Below are positions 37,369-47,829 of a DNA stretch of 64,000 nt, piece by piece (positions within the stretch are counted from its first letter, which is position 1; every line of letters starts with the position of its first letter). The notes beneath the pieces are model-generated. The model saw only the letters and a program-made list of their open reading frames with translations, was not told the origin of the DNA and made no database searches. This DNA comes from a bacterium. Lineage in GTDB: Bacteria; UBA8248. The DNA lies in the NCBI GenBank assembly GCA_965213625.1, contig CBDBZU010000004.1, positions 2,400,001 to 2,464,000 of the forward strand, read 5' to 3'. The translations under genes and the position numbers were made by a program.

Positions 37369-39480
37369 ATGGAGCGCAGTACGAAAGAGAGCCTCGCGCG
37401 CTTGCTCTCGCCCAAATCTGTCGCCATCATCGGAGCGTCGGCAAACCTGGAGCAATTCAACGGCCGCGTGGTGAAGAATCTGCTGCGTCACGGTTATGGT
37501 GGCAGGGTCTATCCCGTTAATCCCAATTACGAAGAAGTGGCCGGAGTGCGCTGTTGGCCCCGGCTCGATGCGCTTCCCGAAGCGCCGGATGTCGCCTTTA
37601 TCACAGTGGGAATAGAGCGAGTCCCGGACGTGCTGAGTCAATGCGCCGAGGCGGAAGTAGGCGCGGCCATCATTTATACCGGCGGTTTTTCCGAGGCGGA
37701 TGAAGCGGGCGCAAGCCTGGAAGCTGAAATTCAGCGCATCGCCCAGGATGGAGGAGTCCGCATCTGCGGGCCGAACACGGCGGGCGTGCACAACTTTCAC
37801 CATAAATTTCACTTGGCGGGCCTGATAGCACTCGACGTGGAGGAGATGCTGCCCGGCAGCATCGGGGTGGTCTGCCAGAGCGGGAGCATCGGCGGCGCAA
37901 TGCTCTCGCGCGCGACGCAGCGCGGCATCGGTTTCAGCCACCTCATCTCCTGCGGCAACGAGATGGACTTGGAGCTTTCGGATTATCTCGATTTTCTCAT
38001 CGACGACCCCCAAACCCGTGCTATCGCGGTATATCTCGAAGGAGTTCGCGACGGCGAGAGATTCAAAAGAGTTTTGGAAAAGGCGCTGCGAGAAGAAAAA
38101 CCCCTGGTCGTCCTGAAGGTGGGCGAAGCGCGCGAGGGAGAGCGCGCGGCCTTGAGCCATACAGGGGCCATGGTGGGTGAAGACAGGGTGTACGAGGCGC
38201 TGTTCCGAAAGTGGGGCGTTACGCGGGTAGATGACCTCGAAGCGCTTTTCGAAGTTGCCCACATGTTCTGTGTTTCCCCGATACCCGATGGAAACAGAAT
38301 AGGGGTCGTAACGACGACGGGCGGGGCAGGCGCTTTAATGGCCGATAAATGCGGCGCCCTCGGCCTCGAAATCGCAGAGGTGGATGACGTCCTCAGTACC
38401 CGGATGAAGGAAAAACACCCCGCCTTCGGGCGGATAGAGAATCCGCTCGACACCACCATCGCAGACATTCACCTGTATTCGGATTTTCTCAAAACATTTC
38501 TCAAGAGCGGCTGCTTCGACGCGGTGATTCCCATCGTGGGTTCAAGCGCGCAGTTCAAACCCGAGATGGGAGTAGAGCCCATTGTGCGGTTGAAGCGGAC
38601 GAGTCCTGACGTTCCGATGCTGGCCTACTTCAACCCCCATGCCGAGGATGCGCACAGGCTGTTGGCGAGGGAGGGAATCGCTTCTTTTCAGTCGATATCA
38701 GGCTGCGCCCGCGCGGCGGCGGCCTTGGTTCGGTATGCAAAAGTATTGAAAAGAGAGGAGAAAAGCGCATCGCGACCCGTATATGAAGCGCCGTCTTCTT
38801 TGGTAGCCGAAGCACTGTCCGCTGCCGGGCCGCTGAACGAGGCGCAATCTCTGGCGCTCACCCGTGAATTCGGTTTGCCCGTGGTGGCGCATCGTTTCTG
38901 CCGCTCGGAAGAAGAAGTGCGCCTGGCGGCGCGTGATTTGCGTTTTCCGCTCGTTTTAAAGGGCGTGTCCTCGAAAATTCACCACAAAATGGAGTGGAGG
39001 CTGGTGAAAACGGGCCTCGGCGATGAGGCTGCGCTCGAAGCCGCGCTCGCGGATATCACGAGCCTTTGGGAGAAGTGCGCTTTGGAAGGTTATCTGCTTC
39101 AGGAGCAAGTCGAGGATGGCGTCGAATTCATGCTCGGCGTGAAGCGAGACTCTCAGTTCGGCCCGGTCGTGACGGTTGGACTCGGAGGGGTGAATGTGGA
39201 ATTGCTCGATGACGTAAGCGCGTGCATTGCGCCGTTTACACTCGATGACGCATACGAGATGATGGATGAACTAAAGTGCAGGAAAATTTTCGAGAGCCAC
39301 AGGGGACGCGGGCCGTTGGATGTGGAAGCCTTTTCCGAGATCATTTTACGGTTGGGGGATGCCGCTTTCGCACACCGTGAAAAAATTGAAGAAATGGATT
39401 TGAATCCCGTATTTTTGCGTGAGAAGGGTGGAGGATGCCTGGTGGCGGATGCGCTCATCATCACGGGAAACTCTGCATAA
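37369..39480 (+). CDS. ADP-forming acyl-CoA synthetase (acetate-CoA ligase family, fused alpha-beta)
   Basis: P.SVAIIGAS, GPNT.G, QSG, SHTGAM.G (phospho-His), NPLD, ATP-grasp with DLNP...ADAL. Confidence 0.9.
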   Translation: MERSTKESLARLLSPKSVAIIGASANLEQFNGRVVKNLLRHGYGGRVYPVNPNYEEVAGVRCWPRLDALPEAPDVAFITVGIERVPDVLSQCAEAEVGAAIIYTGGFSEADEAGASLEAEIQRIAQDGGVRICGPNTAGVHNFHHKFHLAGLIALDVEEMLPGSIGVVCQSGSIGGAMLSRATQRGIGFSHLISCGNEMDLELSDYLDFLIDDPQTRAIAVYLEGVRDGERFKRVLEKALREEKPLVVLKVGEAREGERAALSHTGAMVGEDRVYEALFRKWGVTRVDDLEALFEVAHMFCVSPIPDGNRIGVVTTTGGAGALMADKCGALGLEIAEVDDVLSTRMKEKHPAFGRIENPLDTTIADIHLYSDFLKTFLKSGCFDAVIPIVGSSAQFKPEMGVEPIVRLKRTSPDVPMLAYFNPHAEDAHRLLAREGIASFQSISGCARAAAALVRYAKVLKREEKSASRPVYEAPSSLVAEALSAAGPLNEAQSLALTREFGLPVVAHRFCRSEEEVRLAARDLRFPLVLKGVSSKIHHKMEWRLVKTGLGDEAALEAALADITSLWEKCALEGYLLQEQVEDGVEFMLGVKRDSQFGPVVTVGLGGVNVELLDDVSACIAPFTLDDAYEMMDELKCRKIFESHRGRGPLDVEAFSEIILRLGDAAFAHREKIEEMDLNPVFLREKGGGCLVADALIITGNSA

Positions 39481-39544
39481 AATTGCGCTTTTCTTCTGTT
39501 TGATGCCATGAAAAAGGCGCACCCCATGCGCCGAAAATCGCCGA

Positions 39545-39573
39545 TTGACTTTGCGGTAAACAACGATTAGTGT
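39545..39573 (+). promoter_or_regulatory. Putative sigma70 promoter of the peptide ABC operon
   Basis: TTGACT-17 bp-TAGTGT. Confidence 0.45.
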
Positions 39574-39652
39574 TTTCCATACCTTGGATTCGCAAAGAGC
39601 CAATAACATTTTTTGATTTTGTTTCTTCCTGGTTGAGCAAGGTTGAGGATAG

Positions 39653-40642
39653 ATGAGTGCGCTTCTTGAAATCGAAGACTTGAGAACGCATTTTTTCACC
39701 TCCTCAGGTGTCGTGAAGGCTGTCAACGGCATCTCCTACGATGTTCAGGAAGGCGAGACGGTAGCGATCGTCGGAGAGTCGGGCTGCGGGAAGTCCGTCA
39801 GCGCGCTTTCCGTTCTCGGCCTCATACCGAATCCGCCCGGCCGCATCGTCGGGGGTGCGATACGCTTTCTGGGTGACGATCTGATCAAGCTCGAAGACCT
39901 GGAAATCAGAAACATCCGGGGCCGCCAGATCGGCATGATCTTCCAGGAGCCCATGACGTCCCTGAACCCCGTGTTGACCATAGGGCTGCAGCTCACCGAG
40001 ACAATGGAACACCACCTCGGCATGGACAGGGCCGACGCGGAGAAAAAAGCGGTCGAATATCTCCGCCTCGTGGGTATCTCAGAGCCCGAGCGGCGACTCC
40101 GGCAATACCCGCACCACCTGAGCGGCGGGATGCGGCAAAGGGTGATGATCGCGATGGCACTTTGCTGCGAGCCGAAGCTCATCATCGCGGATGAGCCGAC
40201 GACGGCGCTCGACGTCACTATCCAGGCCCAGATACTGGAGTTGATGAAAAACCTCACCAAGCGAATGGGTGTTGCGCTCATCATCATCACGCACAACCTC
40301 GGCGTGGTGGCCCGGTATGCGGACCGCGTGAACGTCATGTACGCGGGAAAGATAATCGAGCGCGGCCTGGCGGCGGACATCTACCGCGAACCGAAGCATC
40401 CATACACCCTGGGGCTGCTGAGTTCCGTGCCGAGGCTCGATCAACCGAGGCAAAAGCGACTGGACCCCATCGACGGACAACCGCCTGATCTCACACGCCT
40501 GGGCGCGGGTTGTTCTTTTCTGCCCCGGTGCAAATTCGCCGTGGATAAGTGCGCGAGCGAGATTCCGCCACTAGAGACAATCGGGAACGGCCATCTATCT
40601 GCTTGCTGGGAAAAAGAAAACCTGGAAACGGTGAAAGGTTGA
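39653..40642 (+). CDS. Oligopeptide/dipeptide ABC ATP-binding protein (OppD/DppD)
   Basis: [40 protein letters not shown]. Confidence 0.95.
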   Translation: MSALLEIEDLRTHFFTSSGVVKAVNGISYDVQEGETVAIVGESGCGKSVSALSVLGLIPNPPGRIVGGAIRFLGDDLIKLEDLEIRNIRGRQIGMIFQEPMTSLNPVLTIGLQLTETMEHHLGMDRADAEKKAVEYLRLVGISEPERRLRQYPHHLSGGMRQRVMIAMALCCEPKLIIADEPTTALDVTIQAQILELMKNLTKRMGVALIIITHNLGVVARYADRVNVMYAGKIIERGLAADIYREPKHPYTLGLLSSVPRLDQPRQKRLDPIDGQPPDLTRLGAGCSFLPRCKFAVDKCASEIPPLETIGNGHLSACWEKENLETVKG

Positions 40643-40646
40643 GCGA

Positions 40647-41681
40647 ATGACTCCTGACGCATCCACCCTCGAACGTGACGCTCAATACTCCCGAAACAGT
40701 GAGCTTGGCGACGTGCTCGTGGACGTCAAGGGCCTTAAGATGCACTTCCCGATCACCGAGGGCATCATTTTCAATAAGCTGGTCGGGCTCGTGAAGGCGG
40801 TGGATGGGGTAGATTTCCACATCAGGCGTGGCGAGACGCTCGGCCTCGTGGGTGAGAGCGGTTGCGGCAAGACGACGACGGGCAGGTGCATCCTCCAACT
40901 CGAACGCCCCACGGAAGGAGAGATATTTTTCGAGGGTGCGGATCTGACGAAACTCGATCAGGTGGCGCTGCGCGAGTACCGGCAGAAAATCCAGGTCATC
41001 TTCCAGGACCCTTACAGTTCGCTGAATCCGCGCATGAAGATCGGCGAGATGATAGACGAGCCCATGTACGTCCACGGTATCGAACCAGATGCCCGCAAGA
41101 GAAAGCAGAGAATCAGCGAACTTCTCAGCGTCTGCGGACTCAACCCCAAGATGGCCGACAGATATCCCCACGAGATGAGCGGCGGACAGCGCCAGCGCGT
41201 GGGAATCGCCCGCGCCTTGAGCCTCAAGCCCGAATTCATCATTTGCGATGAACCCGTCTCGGCGCTCGACGTGTCCATTCAGGCGCAAATTATCAATTTG
41301 CTCGAAGATTTGAGAGAGGAATATAATCTCACCTATCTTTTCATTGCGCACGATCTGAGCGTGGTGCGCCACCTTTGCCACCGCGTGGCGGTGATGTATC
41401 TGGGCCGGATTGTAGAGTTGGCGGATTGCGATGAGTTGTACGACAATCCCATGCACCCTTATACGAGGGCGTTGCTGTCTGCCGTTCCCGTGCCGGACCC
41501 GGAAGTAGAGCAGGGACGCGACGTCAGTTTTGTCGCGGGAGAAGTGCCCAGTCCCATAAATCCGCCGCCGGGCTGTGTGTTCCATCCCCGGTGTCCCATC
41601 GCCGTGGAGAATTGCTCGAAAGAAGTACCCTTGTTGCGTGAATTGAAACCGGGCCATTGGGTGGCCTGTACGGAAGTTTAA
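40647..41681 (+). CDS. Oligopeptide/dipeptide ABC ATP-binding protein (OppF/DppF)
   Basis: [45 protein letters not shown]. Confidence 0.95.
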   Translation: MTPDASTLERDAQYSRNSELGDVLVDVKGLKMHFPITEGIIFNKLVGLVKAVDGVDFHIRRGETLGLVGESGCGKTTTGRCILQLERPTEGEIFFEGADLTKLDQVALREYRQKIQVIFQDPYSSLNPRMKIGEMIDEPMYVHGIEPDARKRKQRISELLSVCGLNPKMADRYPHEMSGGQRQRVGIARALSLKPEFIICDEPVSALDVSIQAQIINLLEDLREEYNLTYLFIAHDLSVVRHLCHRVAVMYLGRIVELADCDELYDNPMHPYTRALLSAVPVPDPEVEQGRDVSFVAGEVPSPINPPPGCVFHPRCPIAVENCSKEVPLLRELKPGHWVACTEV

Positions 41682-41766
41682 TTTTTCCGCATTTGTTGTT
41701 TTACTCGTGACTTGCCTGATTTGTGATGTATCGATTTTACCCTGGGAACATGAAAGGAGATTCCTT

Positions 41767-43386
41767 ATGAGAAACACTCGAATGAAAACCCTAATGATTG
41801 CGGCGGCGGTGCTCGCCCTGGGGCTGTGGAGTTTTGCTCCTGTCGAGGCGGCGCCCAAGAAGGGCGGCGTTCTCAAGTTCGTCGTCGGCAGCAAGATTCC
41901 CTCCTACGACGGTCACATCGAATCCACCTTCGGGATGATTCACCCGTTGCGTCCCTTTTACAGCCTGTTGATTCGCGTGAATCCGGAAAACCCCGCCTCG
42001 CCAACCGATTTCGTCTGCGACGTGTGTGAGGGCGGGATTCCGAAGCCGACCGAAGGGCACACGAAGTACGCCTTCAAAATCCGCGACGACATCACGTTCC
42101 ACAACGGCCAGAAGCTCACCTCGGCGGACGTGAAGGCGACGTATGACAAGATTATCAGCCCACCCAAGGGCATCGAGAGCAATCGCAAGGCGTTTTTCAG
42201 CATGGTGAAATCCGTCTCCGCACCGGACCCGAAAACGCTGGTGTTCAAGCTGAAATATCCCACGGGCGCCTTTGTGCCTGCGCTTGCGCTGCCCTACAAC
42301 TTCATCTACTCGAAGGCCGATCTCGACAAGCATGGCTACAAGTGGCACCAGAAAAACGTGAACGGCACGGGCGCATTCCGCTTCGTGCAGCACCAGCCGG
42401 GCGCTTTCGTCGAGGGCAAGCGGTATGAGAAATACCACCACAAGGGCAAACCCTATCTCGACGGCTACCGGGCGATCTCTGCTCCGAAAATGGCGATTCG
42501 TCTCCAGGCCATTCGCGGCGACCGCGCGGCCATTGAATTCCGCGGATTCCCGCCCAAGGCGCGCGACGACTTGAAGAAGGCGCTGGGTGATAAGCTCACC
42601 GTCCAGGAGAGCGACTGGAACTGCAACCTCATGGTGACGCCCAACCACAAACGCAAGCCCTTCGATGACGCGCGCGTGCGCCGGGCGCTGACGCTGGCGA
42701 TCGACCGCTGGGGCGGCTCCAAATACCTCTCGCGCATCGCCATCGTGAAGACCGTGGGCGGCGTGGTTTTCCCGAAACACCCCCTGGCGGCCACGAAAGA
42801 GGAGTTGACGAAAATAGCGGGCTACTGGCCGGACATCAACAAATCCCGCGCCGAAGCCAAGAGGCTGCTCAAGGAAGCCGGCTATCCGAACGGCTTCGAG
42901 TTCACACTGCACAACCGGGGCGTGGACCAGCCCTACAAGGTTGTTGGCACCTGGGTTATCGACCAGTGGCGGAAGATCGGACTTAAGGTCAAGCAGTGGG
43001 TGCAGCCTTCCGGGCCGTTCTACGCCACGCTGCGCAAGAAGAAGAACTTCGACGTATCCATCGACTTCAATTGCCAGTCGGTCATCAACCCGCTGGTGGA
43101 CGTCTCGAAATTCATCTCCGACGACAGGGCGGGCAACCAGTACGCGGAGTATCAGGACCGCCAGCTCGACAAGTGGTTCGACGAGATGAACCGCGAGCCC
43201 GACGTGAAGAAGCAGCGCGCCATCATGCGCAAGTATGAAAAGCGCGCGCTCGATGAGATGGCGCACCAGTTCGTGACGCTATGGTGGTACAAGATCAACC
43301 CCCACCGCAGTTACGTGAAAGGGTGGAAGATAGCGCCGAGCCACTATCTGAACCAGCATCTGGACAACGTCTGGATCGACAAATAG
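41767..43386 (+). CDS. Family 5 extracellular solute-binding protein
   Basis: Signal peptide, PKKGG.L, FH.G..LTS.DV, GTG.F, PFDD.RVRRAL..AIDR. Confidence 0.93.
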   Translation: MRNTRMKTLMIAAAVLALGLWSFAPVEAAPKKGGVLKFVVGSKIPSYDGHIESTFGMIHPLRPFYSLLIRVNPENPASPTDFVCDVCEGGIPKPTEGHTKYAFKIRDDITFHNGQKLTSADVKATYDKIISPPKGIESNRKAFFSMVKSVSAPDPKTLVFKLKYPTGAFVPALALPYNFIYSKADLDKHGYKWHQKNVNGTGAFRFVQHQPGAFVEGKRYEKYHHKGKPYLDGYRAISAPKMAIRLQAIRGDRAAIEFRGFPPKARDDLKKALGDKLTVQESDWNCNLMVTPNHKRKPFDDARVRRALTLAIDRWGGSKYLSRIAIVKTVGGVVFPKHPLAATKEELTKIAGYWPDINKSRAEAKRLLKEAGYPNGFEFTLHNRGVDQPYKVVGTWVIDQWRKIGLKVKQWVQPSGPFYATLRKKKNFDVSIDFNCQSVINPLVDVSKFISDDRAGNQYAEYQDRQLDKWFDEMNREPDVKKQRAIMRKYEKRALDEMAHQFVTLWWYKINPHRSYVKGWKIAPSHYLNQHLDNVWIDK

Positions 43387-43478
43387 CTCGTATCGTCCCC
43401 CTTCGCCGCCCGGATCGCCGGGTGGCGGGGGAGGGCGGTCTGGAGCCTCGTCTGGCGTAAAACGCAAGGGCGCACGAA

Positions 43479-44450
43479 GTGTATAGATACACGATCAAGA
43501 GAATCCTGCTGATGTTCCCGACGCTGCTGGGTGCAGCGGTGCTGGTGTTCTTCATGCTTCGCCTCATACCGGGTGACGTGTGCGAACTCCGCATGGCCGG
43601 CACGGGTATGTTTGTTGACAAGGAAGCGATAGCGACGTGCCAGCAGAACCTGGGCATCGATGCGCCCATCTACGTGCAGTTCATCGACTTCATCACAGGG
43701 TTCTTCACCTTCGATCTGGGGGAATCCATGTGGACGGGCAAGCCAATCCTGCATGAAATCGGCCTGCGCTTCGAACTCTCTCTGCAAGTAGCCATCATGG
43801 CGACGCTCACGGCCATTCTCATCGCCATTCCACTCGGCACAATCTCGGCCATCAAGCAGGATACTTGGATCGACTACGTCGTGCGCACGTTCAGCATCGC
43901 AGGCATCGCCATGCCTTCCTTCTGGCTGGGCATCCTGATTATTCTCGGCCTCTTGATCATGACGCAAAAATTTTTCGGCGACCCCTGGATGCCGCCGATT
44001 CATTACACCCCGATATGGGAAGACCCGGTGGCGAACATATCTCAGTTGATATGGCCGGCCGTCGCGACGGGCTATCGGTATTCGGCCGTCGCCACGCGCA
44101 TGACGCGCTCGGCCCTTTTAGAGGTTTTGCGCGAGGATTACGTGCGTACCGCCCGAGCGAAAGGGCTGCTCGAGAAACTCATCATCAACCGCCACGCGCT
44201 CAAGAATTCACTTCTGCCCGTGGCGACCGTCATCGGCCTGGAGTTCGCCTTCCTGATGGGTGGGCTTGTGGTGACGGAGCAGGTCTTCAACCTGAACGGT
44301 TTGGGGAAACTCTTTGTCGAGTCGGTGACGAACCACGACTACACCATGACGCAGTCGCTCGTCATGCTCGTGGCCGTCGTCTTCATTTTTACGAACCTGT
44401 TCATCGATATCCTCTATGCGTGGCTCGACCCGCGCATACGCTACAGCTAG
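43479..44450 (+). CDS. Peptide ABC permease (OppB/DppB)
   Basis: IPGD, DLGES, MPSFWLG, DYVRTARAKGL, DPRIRY. Confidence 0.95.
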   Translation: MYRYTIKRILLMFPTLLGAAVLVFFMLRLIPGDVCELRMAGTGMFVDKEAIATCQQNLGIDAPIYVQFIDFITGFFTFDLGESMWTGKPILHEIGLRFELSLQVAIMATLTAILIAIPLGTISAIKQDTWIDYVVRTFSIAGIAMPSFWLGILIILGLLIMTQKFFGDPWMPPIHYTPIWEDPVANISQLIWPAVATGYRYSAVATRMTRSALLEVLREDYVRTARAKGLLEKLIINRHALKNSLLPVATVIGLEFAFLMGGLVVTEQVFNLNGLGKLFVESVTNHDYTMTQSLVMLVAVVFIFTNLFIDILYAWLDPRIRYS

Positions 44451-44460
44451 GAGTTGCGCC

Positions 44461-45363
44461 ATGGCGTCACCGAGTGATCTCGCCGTATCCGAGATGGATT
44501 TCGATGTCGTTCCCGAACGATCATGGGTCGACAAAATAAAGGATACGGCGCGGAAAAAGCCCCTCGGCGCGGTGAGCGCATGCGCCGTCCTCGTAATGAT
44601 CCTCCTGGCCGCTTTCGCGAACGTGATCACCTTCTACGACCCGGTGCAGAACGCCTTCGACAGCATGCACGTCGCCCCGAGCGTCACGCACTGGTTCGGG
44701 ACGGATCAGTTCGGACGCGATATTTTTACGCGCATCGTTTTCGGCGCCAGAACGGCGCTGTTCGTCGGGTTTTCGGCCTCGATTCTCGGCTCCACAGCAG
44801 GCCTCATCCTCGGCGTTGGGAGTGCTTATTTCGGTGGACGCTTCGACCTCATATTCCAGCGCTTCATGGACATCTTCATCTCATTCCCGCTCATCATCAT
44901 GGCGCTCTCGGTGGTCTCGATCTTCGGAACGGGGACGCAGAACGTGATTTTCGCCATCACGATTCCCTTAATACCCAGATGCGCCCGCGTGGTGCGCTCG
45001 AGCGCGCTCTCGATACGGGAAATTCCCTATGTGGATGCCGCGCGAGCGCTCGGCTTCGCACACGTTCGCATCATCTCCCGGCACATGATTCCCAACGTCA
45101 TGGCGCCTTATCTCATTATGCTCACTTCTTTCCTGGGGCAGGCGATCCTGCTCGAAGCCTCGCTCTCCTACCTGGGACTCGGCGTACAGGAACCCACCGC
45201 CGCCTGGGGACTGATGCTTCAGGGAGGTGCTGAGGAATACGCAGAGAGCGCGCCGTGGATTCCCGTATTCCCGGGATTGGCCATCACCGCCGCCGTCTTC
45301 GCCTTCAACCTATTCGGCGACGCCGTACGCGACACGCTCGACCCCAGACTCCGCTCCGAATAA
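44461..45363 (+). CDS. Peptide ABC permease (OppC/DppC)
   Basis: HWFGTDQFGRD, YVDAARALG, EASLSYLGLG, NLFGD.VRD.LDP. Confidence 0.95.
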   Translation: MASPSDLAVSEMDFDVVPERSWVDKIKDTARKKPLGAVSACAVLVMILLAAFANVITFYDPVQNAFDSMHVAPSVTHWFGTDQFGRDIFTRIVFGARTALFVGFSASILGSTAGLILGVGSAYFGGRFDLIFQRFMDIFISFPLIIMALSVVSIFGTGTQNVIFAITIPLIPRCARVVRSSALSIREIPYVDAARALGFAHVRIISRHMIPNVMAPYLIMLTSFLGQAILLEASLSYLGLGVQEPTAAWGLMLQGGAEEYAESAPWIPVFPGLAITAAVFAFNLFGDAVRDTLDPRLRSE

Positions 45364-45487
45364 TTTCATACTGGCCGCATCTTGTTCTTTACGACAGGAG
45401 GCGTACGCCTTTTATGATTTCGTGAAACGGCTCTTACGGAACGGGTGATGGACTAGAGGTGAAGCGCGCCGCGCGTGGGAGTACTCC

Positions 45488-46003
45488 TCAAAGGTTCTTG
45501 AGTTGCCGGTTGCGCCTGCGCTCTTTCTTGGAGGCGCGCCTGGGGTTTCCCTTCTTCTTCGTGTCGCGCTTAGGCGTCCTGGTCGGCTCATCCTCCGGCG
45601 CGTCACCTTCCATGAAGGCCGCCTGGTAGAGGAGATCGCGAAACTCGCCCGTGCGCATGATCGCAGAGGCGAAGGGCGCGGCCGCCTCGCCGAGGGCCCT
45701 GTCCGAGGTGACGAGAACGGCGCCCTTGTAGTGGTCTTTCAAGAGGCGCAGGATGAGCGCGTCTGCGATTTCGTGCCTTGAGAAGAGCACTTCAATTCCG
45801 CCCGCGTTTTTTCCACCTCCATGATCATGATGGGATTTACCGTCGAATACGACGGTGATTCGTGGATTGACGACGGAATTTCTGCGGTAGCTCCGGAGCA
45901 TTTCGAGCAAGCCCTCGCGCCCAGCTTCCAAATCCTGATGGAGAACGCGCCTGAGTTCGGGGATGGCGGGAATGAGATTGTATCCGTCGATGACGATGCG
46001 CAT
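45488..46003 (-). CDS. NYN domain (YacP/Rae1-like) PIN-fold ribonuclease
   Basis: IDGYNLI, VVFDG, AD..I, VTSDR, basic C-terminal tail. Confidence 0.88.
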   Translation of the reverse strand: MRIVIDGYNLIPAIPELRRVLHQDLEAGREGLLEMLRSYRRNSVVNPRITVVFDGKSHHDHGGGKNAGGIEVLFSRHEIADALILRLLKDHYKGAVLVTSDRALGEAAAPFASAIMRTGEFRDLLYQAAFMEGDAPEDEPTRTPKRDTKKKGNPRRASKKERRRNRQLKNL

Positions 46004-46021
46004 GTCTACCCGGCAACTCCC

Positions 46022-46846
46022 TTAAAAGGGCTGGAAGAGGACGTCCATGAGCGCAGCCGCTTTTTGCGCGTCACCCTCGATACGAAGGGATCCATCCGCG
46101 ATTTTCCGCGCGCGATCCGAACGCCCCGCGCACAGGAGCACCATGTCGCTTCCAGATGCGGAAAGGACGGCGTCGGGGGAGTCGGAGGGACTCTCAAGGA
46201 CTGATGCTTCGCCACCGGCTATCGACATTTCCCACGCCGCAACCGGCTCGCTCGTCTCGAAGCGGAACACGCCCGCAGGCCCGGTTGCGCCCGAGCGGTT
46301 GAAGTACAGGGGAAGTCTCGTTTCGAGAATCTCGACGAGCGCGCCCAGCGATTCGGTCTCGATCGGCGCATCCGGGTCGTTTTCTAAATCCCAGCCGTGG
46401 AGCGCAACTTCATACAGCCGTTGAGCGGGGAAGGTGCGCACTTTCGTGTGGCCCTTCCGGTGCCAAAGGTCGCGGTCCAGGTCGCCGGTTTCCAGGCGTT
46501 CGATTTCGGCCTGGAGGTCGTCCTGGCTTTTCTGTATCCAATCGATGCGTTCCAGCGGGGCCATGGCGATGGATTTGCGGGTGATTTCTTCTCGCGCGGC
46601 CTGAAATTTCGCAGGCGTCTCGGCTCCAAGTGAGAGGATGACCTCGCCCCGGCGCGCCGCCCGGATGCGCTCGGCATAGGAGATGGCTCCTCCCGTCATA
46701 TGGCCGACGAGTTGGGCCGCGTTCCATCCGGGGCAGAAAGTGGGGCTCGCCCATTCGGCGTCAGAGAGAGCGCGAAGCTGCACGATGAAGCGCGCGTTCT
46801 CGTGCGCCAGCCAGGGTATCGGGGGGAGAAGGGGAGCGTTGTTCAA
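46022..46846 (-). CDS. Maleylpyruvate isomerase (MDMPI/DinB superfamily) protein with SCP2-like C-terminus
   Basis: W..PT.CPGW....LVGHM, E..LH.WD, C-terminal GR......L.IEGD. Confidence 0.82.
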   Translation of the reverse strand: MNNAPLLPPIPWLAHENARFIVQLRALSDAEWASPTFCPGWNAAQLVGHMTGGAISYAERIRAARRGEVILSLGAETPAKFQAAREEITRKSIAMAPLERIDWIQKSQDDLQAEIERLETGDLDRDLWHRKGHTKVRTFPAQRLYEVALHGWDLENDPDAPIETESLGALVEILETRLPLYFNRSGATGPAGVFRFETSEPVAAWEMSIAGGEASVLESPSDSPDAVLSASGSDMVLLCAGRSDRARKIADGSLRIEGDAQKAAALMDVLFQPF

Positions 46847-46945
46847 TTCGAACTCGCCAGGAGCAAGAAAATCGCCCCCAGAAACCGGGGGCGATGAAGA
46901 GATAACATGCTAGCTTGAGGAATGCGCACGCCCGTAGCGTACGCG

Positions 46946-47827
46946 CTATTTGCCCGAAGCGCGAATCCAGGCCTTGCCGATGGCGCGCGCGGTGTATACG
47001 CCCGCCAGATGACGTCTGAAGTCCGCTCCGGCGTAAAAATCATCGAGTGCGTCTACGCCTTCACCGGCCCCCGCAGCCGCTTTTCGGATCGATTCCGCAC
47101 TCGGCGCGCTGCCCATGAGGGCGTTTTCGACACTCGTGGCTCGATACGCTGCTGCGGCTACGCCCGTCACGCCGACGCGGATGGAGGCGACCACCCCGTT
47201 TCCGTCCAGCGCGAGTCGGGCCGCCACGCCGCACACCGCAAAGCCGCTGGCTTGCTGCGCCGCCTTGAGATACGCGCTTGAGCCCCGTACGGCCGAAGCT
47301 CGTATGCGGACGGAGGTGATAATCTCGCCCGCGCGTAGGGCCGTCTCGTATGCTCCGGTGAAGAAGTCATCGGCGCCGATGACGCGCTCGCCGTCCGCGC
47401 CCACGGCGGTGATTTCCGCTCCCGCCGCCAGCACGACCGCCGGGTAGTCCGCGGCGGGGTCGGCATGGGCGAGGGAGCCGCCCAGCGTCCCGCGGTTTCT
47501 CACCTGTACGTCGCCGATGGCGCCGGCCGCTTCGACGAGGGAGTGGCATTTCCCCCGAACCAGGGGTGACGCCTCGATTTCGGCGTGGGTCGTCATCGCG
47601 CCGATGCGAACTCCGCCCTCTGCTCCCTCTGATTCGGAGATGCCCGAGAGGTCCTCAAGGCCCGCGACGTCGATAAGGACGCCCGGATCGGCGAGCCTCG
47701 CCTTCATCACGGGCAGAAGGCTATGGCCTCCGGCGAGGACCCGTGCGTCTTCTCCATGCTCCCTGAGTTGCGCGAGAGCGTCTTCTAGCGATTGTGGTCG
47801 AACGTAGTCGAAAGAAGCTGGAATCAT
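46946..47827 (-). CDS. coxM: Molybdenum hydroxylase FAD subunit (CoxM/CutM)
   Basis: MIPASFDY.RP, LAGGHSLLP.MK.R, IGD.QVRNRGT.GGS..HADP.AD. Confidence 0.9.
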   Translation of the reverse strand: MIPASFDYVRPQSLEDALAQLREHGEDARVLAGGHSLLPVMKARLADPGVLIDVAGLEDLSGISESEGAEGGVRIGAMTTHAEIEASPLVRGKCHSLVEAAGAIGDVQVRNRGTLGGSLAHADPAADYPAVVLAAGAEITAVGADGERVIGADDFFTGAYETALRAGEIITSVRIRASAVRGSSAYLKAAQQASGFAVCGVAARLALDGNGVVASIRVGVTGVAAAAYRATSVENALMGSAPSAESIRKAAAGAGEGVDALDDFYAGADFRRHLAGVYTARAIGKAWIRASGK

Positions 47828-47829
47828 AC

